From positions 1,818 through 65,817 of the forward strand of contig JBJKPN010000183.1 in assembly GCA_046706365.1 (NCBI GenBank): a stretch of DNA of 64,000 bases, written 5' to 3'. This document shows positions 17,590 through 26,002 of the stretch, piece by piece. The position numbers and the translations under genes were made by a program. Each line of letters starts with the position of its first letter. Position 1 is the first letter of the stretch. Origin of the DNA: Candidatus Kryptoniota bacterium. GTDB lineage: Bacteria > Bacteroidota > Ignavibacteria > Kryptoniales > JAKASW01. Below the pieces are notes generated by a model. The model saw only the letters and a program-made list of their open reading frames with translations. It was not told the DNA's origin and did no database searches.

Positions 17590-18750
17590 TTGGAGAGGAG
17601 ATTATCAGGATTGAAATTATCCGCACGCATCGGCATCGTGGCGCTCGCTCTGCTTTCATCTATTGCGGCTGAATCAGCCGTCAGGAATCAAAGCCGGGCT
17701 GAATCTGAAGATGGAAACTATTCCGGATTTGTCCCCGGCAAGGCAAAGCTGAGTGTTACGAAAGGTTTCTGGGACCGGTTTTCAGACAGCTATACGAGGA
17801 ACTGTCTTGCCTGGCATCATTCCGCTCACAACCCGGTCCTTCCTCCCACCGGAAAGACGTGGCAATCGCGCTGGACGGCCAACCCTGACCTACTGAACTT
17901 CGGCGGGAAAACGCTCCTTTACTACCGTGGCGACGGACTGGTCTCGAATGAGGATCGTACTTATCACGACCAGATAGGCGTGGCTGAATTGACCGGCGCC
18001 TATCAGGGGACAATTTCTTATAAGCTGCTTAACGGCGGAGAACCGGTAATCGGTATAGGGAAGAAGGGAAGCTTCGACGACGGAATGGTGCTTGACCCAT
18101 CGGCGATTGATTTTCACTCGAAGGTTTTCCTTTACTACTCGGCAATCGGTACCGCAGGCTATCACGTGGGGCTTGCTGTAAGCGAAGACGGCGTCCACTT
18201 CAGGAAGATGGGACCGGTTATCCAGGGGAGAGTCCCTTCTGCTATAGTGCACGGCGACACGGTCTATCTCTTATTTCAGAGACTCGTGAACCTCAAGGGC
18301 ATGGGGCCGGATGTTCAACTCAGGACGCCGAAGGTCTATGAAATCTACCTTGCCAGGTCGACTGACGGCATTCATTTTGAACAGGTACAAGACCGGCCGG
18401 TCTTCACCGGAGAAAAGGGGAACTGGGACGCGATTTCCATCACGACGGCACGCGTGTCCTACAGCGGCGGGTGGTACTACATGCTCTACGGAGGTAGTGC
18501 CTACCTGGCTGACGAACCCGACTACTTCGGCCTGGCGAGGTCGCACGACTTGATTCATTGGGAGCGCCATCCCGGCAATCCGATATTCGGCGCTGGTGCC
18601 AGGGGAGAGCCCGACGGGGGCGCGATTTGGTTTCCAGCTTTTATTGAGGAGGGAAACGACTACGCGATTCTCTACGAAGGGAGCTGCGGAAAATACAGCT
18701 GGGATCTATCGTCGACGATATGTATGTCCTGGATTTCCAGGAAGCCGTGA
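17590..18750 (+). CDS. secreted five-bladed beta-propeller glycosidase-like protein (GH130/GH43-like)
   Basis: Signal-like N-terminus. Blade motifs 'NPVLPP...W...NPDLLNFGGKTLLYYRG', 'GLAVSEDGVHFRK', 'ARSTDGIHFEQ' and 'ARSHDLIHWERHPGNPIF'. Family assignment by eye only. Confidence 0.5.
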   Translation: MERRLSGLKLSARIGIVALALLSSIAAESAVRNQSRAESEDGNYSGFVPGKAKLSVTKGFWDRFSDSYTRNCLAWHHSAHNPVLPPTGKTWQSRWTANPDLLNFGGKTLLYYRGDGLVSNEDRTYHDQIGVAELTGAYQGTISYKLLNGGEPVIGIGKKGSFDDGMVLDPSAIDFHSKVFLYYSAIGTAGYHVGLAVSEDGVHFRKMGPVIQGRVPSAIVHGDTVYLLFQRLVNLKGMGPDVQLRTPKVYEIYLARSTDGIHFEQVQDRPVFTGEKGNWDAISITTARVSYSGGWYYMLYGGSAYLADEPDYFGLARSHDLIHWERHPGNPIFGAGARGEPDGGAIWFPAFIEEGNDYAILYEGSCGKYSWDLSSTICMSWISRKP

Positions 18751-18813
18751 GAGCTTGTTCTCACGACTCCGTGAAGCCCGCCTCGCTTTTCATAGCTGCA
18801 GCGCGCTTCCCCC

Positions 18814-19260
18814 TTACTTCGCGGCTTCCGATTTGTTTCCCAGGTAAACTAGTCTGACGCCCGCCTCTTCGGCGTACCTCGATATTCGCTCGTCGCGGTA
18901 GAATTCCTTGTAGTATATCGTTTTGATTCCGGCGTTCGCGATGAGCTTGAAGCAGTTCAGGCAGGGTGAGGCTGTGACAAAAATTTCCGAATTGTTGATG
19001 TTGACGCCGTTTTTTGCCGCCTGTGCCACGGCGTTCGCCTCAGCGTGCATGGTGCGGACGCAGTGCCCGTTTTCCATGTCATGTCCGACTTCATCGCAGT
19101 GGGGTGCGCCCCGCAGGCTTCCGTTGTATCCGGTCGAGAGAATTACCTTGTCGCGCACAATTACTGCGCCGACGTTCTTGCGGTCGCATGTGCTGCGGGT
19201 CGACACCTGTTCGGCTATCAACATGAAGTATTCAAGCCAGCCGGCTCTTTTCTTGGTCAT
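18814..19260 (-). CDS. dCMP/deoxycytidylate deaminase (ComEB-like)
   Basis: Zinc motifs 'MHAEANA' and 'SPCLNCFK'. Start set at ATG 19260 ('MTKKRAGWLEYF'). The ORF track's 101-aa N-terminal extension looks non-coding. Confidence 0.85.
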   Translation of the reverse strand: MTKKRAGWLEYFMLIAEQVSTRSTCDRKNVGAVIVRDKVILSTGYNGSLRGAPHCDEVGHDMENGHCVRTMHAEANAVAQAAKNGVNINNSEIFVTASPCLNCFKLIANAGIKTIYYKEFYRDERISRYAEEAGVRLVYLGNKSEAAK

Positions 19261-19318
19261 GGTCTTTTCCTGTTCTTGGTTGGGAAATAATATGTAATCA
19301 AAGCGCAAAACACAACCG

Positions 19319-20461
19319 GTGAAGGCAAACGAAGCACAGCTCCGCTCTCTCGTCCGGAAGGGTTGCTTGTTCAAACGCGTTGCGATAGATTCAGGGGAAT
19401 TGAAGACGGCATTGCGACCAACGCGGGTTAGTTCGGAAATAACCCGACCTTCTGCTCGACACACCGGATTTCCGGGGAGCTCACCCGGCTTTTCGACTGG
19501 GCTGACTCTGCTCGCCGTCTTGTTGCCCTCCTCATGCAACATTCTGAACAACAACGGGAACAAGAGCGGGCAAGGGCACAGTCAGCTCGAGATCATAAAT
19601 ATCGACGGAACGGGACATCGAGTCCTCGCTGACCCGGGCGGGCTCCCTTTAGCGACACCGAGCGGAGTCTTATTCAGCAACAGGAGTTTTCAGCTGTCGA
19701 TGATCAACTGCGACGGTTCAGGCCTCGCCCTCATCTACCCGGACATCGGCTGGGGCGACTGGTCTCTCTCACCCGGCGGCGACAGGATCCTGCTTGCTTC
19801 TTTGTTTAATATCGTCGATACATCGTACGCCGAGTTGTACCTGATGAACACCGACGGGACAGGTCTCGTCAAGCTGGCTGCGCCTCCGGGGTGGTACGCG
19901 ACCCCTCGAATATCTCCCGGCCTCGACCAGATCGCGTTCGGCAGGGGGAGTGGGTTGGGTATAATCGACTCCGACGGGACGAATTTAAGACTGATTTCTC
20001 CCCCGACGGGTGCATTCTGCAACTATCCGATGTTTGTCAGCCAGAACGAATTGCTATATGACGAAAAGGACAGCTCGAATCTGAGCCTGGACCACTGGAA
20101 CCTATTGAATACCGCGACAGGTGAGGTTAGGGAAGTCGGTACGGTTTCGATGACACACGCGCCGCTGGGAAGAGTGATCTCAAGATCCAACTTTATCATC
20201 TCGGACATGGACACGGTGAAGGTATTCGATGTCTTCACTCCGGCCGTCACGAGGCTCGGCCCGGGCTGGGGGGCTAACTTTTCAGCGAACGGCTCCGAAG
20301 TGGTTGCGTACGGCGACAGCACGCCGTACGTGATGGACTCGATGGGCGGAAACAGGCACGCCATATTCACAGCGACCGATCCGGGCAGGGCGATCATGGA
20401 AGCTGAGTTTTCTCCGGACAACCAGTATATGGTTTTCTGGACCTACTGGGCTACTAACTAA
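19319..20461 (+). CDS. PD40/TolB-like beta-propeller repeat protein (start uncertain)
   Basis: Repeated blade motifs 'INIDGTGHRVL', 'INCDGSGLALI', 'MNTDGTGLVKL', 'IDSDGTNLRLI', 'FSPDNQYMVF'. Possible lipobox 'LLPSSC'. No convincing start codon or RBS; candidates are TTG at 19400 and 19412. Confidence 0.55.
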   Translation: MKANEAQLRSLVRKGCLFKRVAIDSGELKTALRPTRVSSEITRPSARHTGFPGSSPGFSTGLTLLAVLLPSSCNILNNNGNKSGQGHSQLEIINIDGTGHRVLADPGGLPLATPSGVLFSNRSFQLSMINCDGSGLALIYPDIGWGDWSLSPGGDRILLASLFNIVDTSYAELYLMNTDGTGLVKLAAPPGWYATPRISPGLDQIAFGRGSGLGIIDSDGTNLRLISPPTGAFCNYPMFVSQNELLYDEKDSSNLSLDHWNLLNTATGEVREVGTVSMTHAPLGRVISRSNFIISDMDTVKVFDVFTPAVTRLGPGWGANFSANGSEVVAYGDSTPYVMDSMGGNRHAIFTATDPGRAIMEAEFSPDNQYMVFWTYWATN

Positions 20462-20705
20462 TATCCCGTACCGATGGAAAAATCCCGTAAGAGCTATGAT
20501 CCATGTGATGAATCGAAACAAGGGAAGACGCTGAAACGAACCGATCAACCAATCGCCGGAGCTTTCGATCTGCCGGGCTTCGAGATTCCGGCATCCTGCC
20601 CGCCGCTTGCTTCTGGAAAAAGTGCTCGATAGATTTATCAAAAACGGACTCGCTGTTGTCCCGGCCCGTCAAGGACGTCATTCACTACATACAGGAGGCT
20701 GTACT

Positions 20706-21647
20706 ATGAAGAGATCGAATTTATACTGGCTCGCTGCTTTTGCACTCATAATAATTGTAATGTCATCTCCTGCCTCGGCTCAGTCTGAAGGTAGCGGCGG
20801 TGGAGTGCGCGGACCAGATCCATCGGGTCAGGACACAACCGGCGGGGTCTCGCCAGAGCTCCTTATCCGTTGCGACGACATAGGCATGTGCCACTCCGTC
20901 AATCTTGCCGTCGAGGAACTCGCGAAAACCGGTATGAAGTTTTCAGCCTCGGTCATGGTCGTCTGTCCGTGGTTCAGGGAAGCGGTTTCCATTCTGAAGA
21001 AGTATCCGAACGTGGCGGTCGGGGTTCATCTCTCGCTTAATTCGGAGTGGGAAAATTACAAGTGGGGACCGGTGCTCGGAAGATCGGCAGTACCGAGTCT
21101 CGTGGACAGCGACGGATACTTCTTCGGGACGACGGCAGAGCTGAAAGCGAACGGGCCCAAGACGGATCAAGTCGAACAGGAGCTGAGGGCACAGATCGAG
21201 CGAGCGCTCCGAAATGGTCTGAATGTGAAATACCTTGACGCCCACATGAGTGCAATCGACGAAAACCCCGTTTACTGGGCAATCGTAAAGAAGCTCGCAA
21301 AAGAGTATCACCTTGTCGTTACGCGGACAATCGGGGATAAGGATATACCAATTATGTACTCGGCGCCTATCGACAAGAAGAAAGAAGTCCTTCTGGATGA
21401 CATGGCGCACCTGAGCACGGAAAACATCAACCTCCTCGTTTGTCACATTGCATTGGATACGAGGGAGTCCAATGCACTGATCGATTCTAACCCGGGCGGT
21501 TTGCCGTATGTCGGTGCGAACCGTCAGGCCGAGCTGGACGCGCTGCTTTCTCCGGAGTTCAAAGAGGCATTAAAGAAGTACAATGTAAAACTGGTCAACT
21601 ATGGGGATTTTGCACCGGCGGACGGGGCGGATGAAGGGAGAAAATGA
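20706..21647 (+). CDS. ChbG/YdjC-family carbohydrate deacetylase with N-terminal signal peptide
   Basis: AGGAGG RBS upstream of ATG 20706. Signal peptide 'MKRSNLYWLAAFALIIIVMSSPASA' followed by a Gly/Ser linker. YdjC-type motifs 'IRCDDIGMCHSVN' and 'VGVHLSL'. Confidence 0.7.
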   Translation: MKRSNLYWLAAFALIIIVMSSPASAQSEGSGGGVRGPDPSGQDTTGGVSPELLIRCDDIGMCHSVNLAVEELAKTGMKFSASVMVVCPWFREAVSILKKYPNVAVGVHLSLNSEWENYKWGPVLGRSAVPSLVDSDGYFFGTTAELKANGPKTDQVEQELRAQIERALRNGLNVKYLDAHMSAIDENPVYWAIVKKLAKEYHLVVTRTIGDKDIPIMYSAPIDKKKEVLLDDMAHLSTENINLLVCHIALDTRESNALIDSNPGGLPYVGANRQAELDALLSPEFKEALKKYNVKLVNYGDFAPADGADEGRK

Positions 21648-21742
21648 GGAGGAAAGGCGCAATTGGCTGCGTGTCGGGCGACCCCTCGATTGCTTTCATC
21701 TTACAGCCTGGAATTGATGCATAGATTTGCGGATTAACTGAT

Positions 21743-22663
21743 ATGTCCGATTGCATAACTACCGACTCCCTCTCCAAAAACTTTGGCAGTGTGCGGGCGG
21801 TGCACGGTGTTTCGCTCCACGTCAAAACAGGGGAGATTTACGGATTCCTCGGACTCAACGGCGCGGGGAAAACCACCACCATCCGCATGCTTCTCGGAAT
21901 GATGAAGCAGTCTTCAGGCGAGGCATACCTCTTCGGCAAAAAAGTCGACCGAAAGGACAGCGGCACGTGGAGCCGGGTCGGCTACCTCGTGGAAATACCA
22001 TATTCATACGGCGAACTCACCGTCCGGGAAAATCTGGAAGTCGTCCGCAGGTTGCGGTCGGTCGATAACTTCAGGTGCGTCGACGAAATAATGGATAAGC
22101 TCCGCCTGAGCGAGTACGCGGATAGACGGGCGAAGAACCTGTCTCTCGGAAACGCACAGAGACTCGGTCTCGCAAAAGCGCTGATTCATGATCCCGAATT
22201 GCTGATACTCGACGAGCCGGCTAACGGACTCGACCCGGAAGGAATCGTCGAGATTCGCGAGTTGCTCAAACGCCTCGCGGCAGAGAACGGCGTCACGATA
22301 TTCATATCGAGTCACATACTCGGAGAAGTCTCGAAATTTGCCGACCGCATCGGCATAATACACAAGGGAGAACTGATCAGGGAGCTTGGCACCGGCGACC
22401 TGGAAGGGGAGCTTCATCGCAGGCTTCTTGTTTCGACTACGGATAATGCGAAGGCAATTTCGGTTTTAAAGGAAAGAGGATTTTCCGTCTCGTCAGGCGA
22501 TGACGGTACGCTGTCGCTTGAAGACCGGGAATCTATATCGACACCCGAGCGTGTGGCATCCATGATTGTCGGGGCAGGTTGCGGTCTGTCGATGATCAGG
22601 GTTGACGAGGAAGATCTCGAATCGTACTTCCTGCGGATCGTGGGGGCGGGGAAAGGCAGATGA
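21743..22663 (+). CDS. ABC transporter ATP-binding protein (ABC-2/bacitracin-export type)
   Basis: Walker A 'GLNGAGKTT', signature 'LSLGNAQRL', Walker B 'LLILDEP'. Confidence 0.9.
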   Translation: MSDCITTDSLSKNFGSVRAVHGVSLHVKTGEIYGFLGLNGAGKTTTIRMLLGMMKQSSGEAYLFGKKVDRKDSGTWSRVGYLVEIPYSYGELTVRENLEVVRRLRSVDNFRCVDEIMDKLRLSEYADRRAKNLSLGNAQRLGLAKALIHDPELLILDEPANGLDPEGIVEIRELLKRLAAENGVTIFISSHILGEVSKFADRIGIIHKGELIRELGTGDLEGELHRRLLVSTTDNAKAISVLKERGFSVSSGDDGTLSLEDRESISTPERVASMIVGAGCGLSMIRVDEEDLESYFLRIVGAGKGR

Positions 22664-22730
22664 GCACCTCGAAAATGAGTGTCCAATCCGCGAAATATCA
22701 GTCGGGCAAATATTCGGAGACCTGTCAGTC

Positions 22731-23519
22731 GTGAGTGCTTTTCGTGCGGCGCTGTGGTCGGAGGCCCTAAAGGCGCGGAGATCGAAAGTGGTTTCAGTCT
22801 CTGTTATCTTCTTCGTGTTTGTCGGGGTTGTGATCGGAATGCTCGCATTCGTTGCCAAGCATCCTGAAATTGCCGGCAGGTCCGCAACTCTCGGCGCGAA
22901 GGCGTCCGTGCTTCAGAAGGCCGACTGGCCGCACTTCCTCGGTTTGCTGGTCCAGACAATACTGGCCTTAGGTCCGCTGGGTTACGGAGTCGCGACGAGC
23001 TGGGTTTTCGGGAGAGAGTATTCCGATAAGGTTGTGAAGGATCTACTCGCGCTGCCGACCAAACGGGCGACGATCATCGCTGCGAAGTTCGTCGTGGTTG
23101 CGATATGGAGCGTTGTTCTTTCGCTCCTTTTCTTCATTTCCGCCGTGATAACTGGCTCCCTGATCGGTCTCGGCGTTTGGTCCGTTGCCGTGACCTGGAA
23201 TTGGTTCCTCACATTTTCCGCCGGCGCACTCCTTACCATCCTGCTTTGCACTCCGATCGCCTTCGTGGCCAGCGCGGGGCGTGGATACCTCCTTGCCATA
23301 GGCGTGGTCATTCTGCTCCTCATCATGACGCAGCTCCTTGGAACGGCGCTTCCTGGAATTACTCCTTATTTCCCGTGGGCCGTTCCGGCGATCTGCAGCG
23401 GCGTCGCGGGGAGCGCACTTCCTGCCGCAGGCGCTGCAAGCTGGATTGCGCTCGGATTAACCGTCGTGCTCGGGTATCTCGGCACGGTCGCATGGTGGGA
23501 GCACTCGGACCAGGCGTGA
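22731..23519 (+). CDS. ABC-2 type transporter permease
   Basis: Six-helix hydrophobic protein directly downstream of the ATPase. N-terminus 'VSAFRAALWSEALKARRSK' is typical of ABC-2 permeases. The GTG start at 22731 is a guess within the longer ORF 22602..23519. Confidence 0.7.
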   Translation: MSAFRAALWSEALKARRSKVVSVSVIFFVFVGVVIGMLAFVAKHPEIAGRSATLGAKASVLQKADWPHFLGLLVQTILALGPLGYGVATSWVFGREYSDKVVKDLLALPTKRATIIAAKFVVVAIWSVVLSLLFFISAVITGSLIGLGVWSVAVTWNWFLTFSAGALLTILLCTPIAFVASAGRGYLLAIGVVILLLIMTQLLGTALPGITPYFPWAVPAICSGVAGSALPAAGAASWIALGLTVVLGYLGTVAWWEHSDQA

Positions 23520-23652
23520 AGTGAGGTGGCAGCCTTGCAAGGTTTCTTGGGAATTGCCGGGCTATATCCGCAACGACTAAAGTCCCATTCCTTGTGAAAC
23601 CAGCAGCCGCGTGATACATTGTTCTGAATTATTGAATCATGAAGGAGTTACA

Positions 23653-24789
23653 ATGTGGCGCTATATCGCAGCGGGATTAGTAAGTATCCTCCTGGCATCG
23701 TGCGCGGGCACAAACCGGTTGGAAAAGAATACTCAGGCAGAAAAACTCATAGTTGGTTATCTATTCGAAGGGAATGATATTGTCAAGCCCGATTCGCTTG
23801 GGCTCGGCATGGTTACCGACGTAATCTACGCTTTCGCCAACATTCAGGGGGACACAATCACCGATGGATTCAAAAGCACCGCTGAAAACCTGGCGCTGCT
23901 CAACGAGGAGAAGCGCCGCTATCCTGATCTCAAGATATTGATATCCGTAGGCGGATGGGGATGGTCAGGCGGATTCTCCGACATGTGTATGACGAGCGAA
24001 AGCCGGGCGAAATTCATAGAGAGCGCGATACGGTTCATACGCCGTAACAACCTGGATGGCCTCGACATAGACTGGGAATACCCGGGCCTGCCCGGTGCAG
24101 GAAATGTGCATCGCCCGGAGGACAAAGAGAATTTCACCGCCTTCCTTGCGGAAATGCGCATGGCACTCGATCGTCTCGGGATGGAGACGGGGAAATACTA
24201 TCTCCTGACTGCCGCGGCCGGCGCTTTCGACCAGTACCTCGTACATACGGACCTTGCCGTGGACTCCAAGTATCTCGATTTTGTGAATCTTATGACCTAT
24301 GACTTCAGTGTTCCAGGCGCCGACTCACTAGCTGGATTTAATTCGCCTTTGTTCACCAACCCCATGGACCCCTACCATAACTCGGACGACGCGGCCGTTC
24401 AGGCGTTTGTAGCGGCCGGCGTTCCCCCGTCAAAGATAGTGCTCGGTGTACCGTTTTACGGACGCGCCTGGCACGTCGATTCTTCCGCCTTCAACGGGCG
24501 ATACCAACCCGGCGGTTTGCCGGCAACGCGCATGAATACCACCTACAGCGGACTCGTCGCCAACTATATAGACAAGAGCGGGTACGTCCGATACTGGGAC
24601 TCGACGTCCTGTGTGCCGTATCTATTCAACAGGGACAGCGACATATTCATCACGTACGATGACCCGCAGTCGCTCCGCGACAAGTGTGACTACATCAAGG
24701 CCCGTGAGCTAGGGGGAGTAATGTTCTGGTCGTTCAAATCTGACGACAGGTCGGCTTTGCTGAAAACTTTGTATGAAGGATTGAAGTAA
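23653..24789 (+). CDS. GH18 chitinase-like lipoprotein
   Basis: GAAGGAG RBS. Lipobox 'LLASCAG'. Catalytic motif 'LDGLDIDWEYP' (DxxDxDxE). Confidence 0.85.
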   Translation: MWRYIAAGLVSILLASCAGTNRLEKNTQAEKLIVGYLFEGNDIVKPDSLGLGMVTDVIYAFANIQGDTITDGFKSTAENLALLNEEKRRYPDLKILISVGGWGWSGGFSDMCMTSESRAKFIESAIRFIRRNNLDGLDIDWEYPGLPGAGNVHRPEDKENFTAFLAEMRMALDRLGMETGKYYLLTAAAGAFDQYLVHTDLAVDSKYLDFVNLMTYDFSVPGADSLAGFNSPLFTNPMDPYHNSDDAAVQAFVAAGVPPSKIVLGVPFYGRAWHVDSSAFNGRYQPGGLPATRMNTTYSGLVANYIDKSGYVRYWDSTSCVPYLFNRDSDIFITYDDPQSLRDKCDYIKARELGGVMFWSFKSDDRSALLKTLYEGLK

Positions 24790-24855
24790 ATGTTGCAGTC
24801 TCAGGGTTGCCATCGCGGCCATCGCAGTGACTCAGCCTTAGATCACAGTAGCTAA

Positions 24856-25086
24856 ATGAGACTTTGCTGGTTCCGGCGAAACGGGTTGTTCTATCTCCCG
24901 AAGTCATTGGCGGGCTGGCTGATTTTGACGGGAGCGGCGGCTGTTTGCGTCTGCCAATTTGAAGAGATCGACAGTCGTTCCCATTCGGCCAGTGATACCC
25001 TCATGAATTTCTTCTTCAGGCTGGTGATCATAATGGCGGCATACTTCCTAATCGGGTTTCTCACCTCCGGTCGGGAGAGGGAATAG
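24856..25086 (+). CDS. small hypothetical membrane protein
   Basis: 76-aa ORF with two hydrophobic helices. No recognisable motif. Confidence 0.3.
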   Translation: MRLCWFRRNGLFYLPKSLAGWLILTGAAAVCVCQFEEIDSRSHSASDTLMNFFFRLVIIMAAYFLIGFLTSGRERE

Positions 25087-25130
25087 AGTCCGGTCGCCTC
25101 AGATCTCATAGTCATTTGCTCACATCGGAG

Positions 25131-25517
25131 TTACTTCAATGACTTCTCATCCAGCGGGGTAATCTTCCCTATCCAATGCTCGAAATGGTTTCCCGGCTCG
25201 GTGATGTTCGCATAAACGATTCCCCTTCCGAAGTCCTGCACATCGGTCACAGTCGTTCCACTCTTTTCCTGCCACGTCACCATGTAGACGTTGGGGCGTA
25301 TCCGCGTTTTTGATATGACGACTGTTTGCTCGGGACCGGGCTTCGTACCTCTAAGGAGCGCAAGGGTGAGCAGGGTGTCGTTCTTGAAATGAAGCTGGAA
25401 GGCGTATTCCCCAAAATCGAACTTGAACGTGTGACCGATCACCTGTATCGTGTGGTGCCCCTGTGCGAAAGTCGGCGTTGCCAGGAGCGATGCAATCAGA
25501 ACTATCAGAACTTTCAT
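25131..25517 (-). CDS. secreted small beta-barrel (lipocalin/MoaF-like) protein
   Basis: GGAGGG RBS upstream of ATG 25517. Signal peptide 'MKVLIVLIASLLATPTFAQ'. 'VYMVTWQEKSGTTVTDVQDF' resembles the MoaF-type calycin fold. Weak call. Confidence 0.45.
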   Translation of the reverse strand: MKVLIVLIASLLATPTFAQGHHTIQVIGHTFKFDFGEYAFQLHFKNDTLLTLALLRGTKPGPEQTVVISKTRIRPNVYMVTWQEKSGTTVTDVQDFGRGIVYANITEPGNHFEHWIGKITPLDEKSLK

Positions 25518-25726
25518 GATAAATCCCTCCTTCGAGTTTTGGGATCGTTTATGAAAAACCAACGTCGAACTCAGGAGAACGGTTCCGGACGAATACCGAC
25601 CGGTTGGGTCCACGCTAAATCTTGCGGTCGCATTTTGACGGTTGGGCGCTGCAACCGCGGGTGGAGCGGACTGCGGAACTCTTCTTTGCTCGCCCGGGTT
25701 GCGGATAGTCAGGGAGGACCCACAAT

Positions 25727-25882
25727 TTGAACGATACTTACAAACCGAACGGCTACAGCTCTCTTTCGCCGTACCTGACCGTCGACGGGGCTGTCTCCGT
25801 GAAGAAGGGAAATGAGAACAAACGCGCCGGTGTGAAGAATGCGGGGGGCACTATCTGGTGGATTGTCACAAAAGTGGAGTAG
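25727..25882 (+). pseudogene. internally deleted remnant of a VOC/glyoxalase (PhnB-like) family gene
   Basis: A 51-codon TTG ORF behind AGGGAGGA. It joins a typical VOC N-terminus 'KPNGYSSLSPYLTVDGA' almost directly to a typical VOC C-terminus 'GGTIWWIVTKVE*'. The ~100 aa normally in between are missing. Confidence 0.35.
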
Positions 25883-26002
25883 GTGCCCCGCGGCCGCCTA
25901 ACGAAGTTCCGCAAGTTGGATTCACCCGATTCCACACAAGATTCGGCTAAATTTTCCGATAGAAGTAATGACAGACCATTGAAAGTGAGTCTGGAGGTTT
26001 AG

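Noticed and set aside
19261-19563. 101-aa N-terminal extension of the dCMP deaminase ORF
   Set aside because: The deaminase family N-terminus ('MTKKRAGWLEYF...') starts at ATG 19260. The extension is unlike any deaminase and overlaps the upstream region of the divergent gene.
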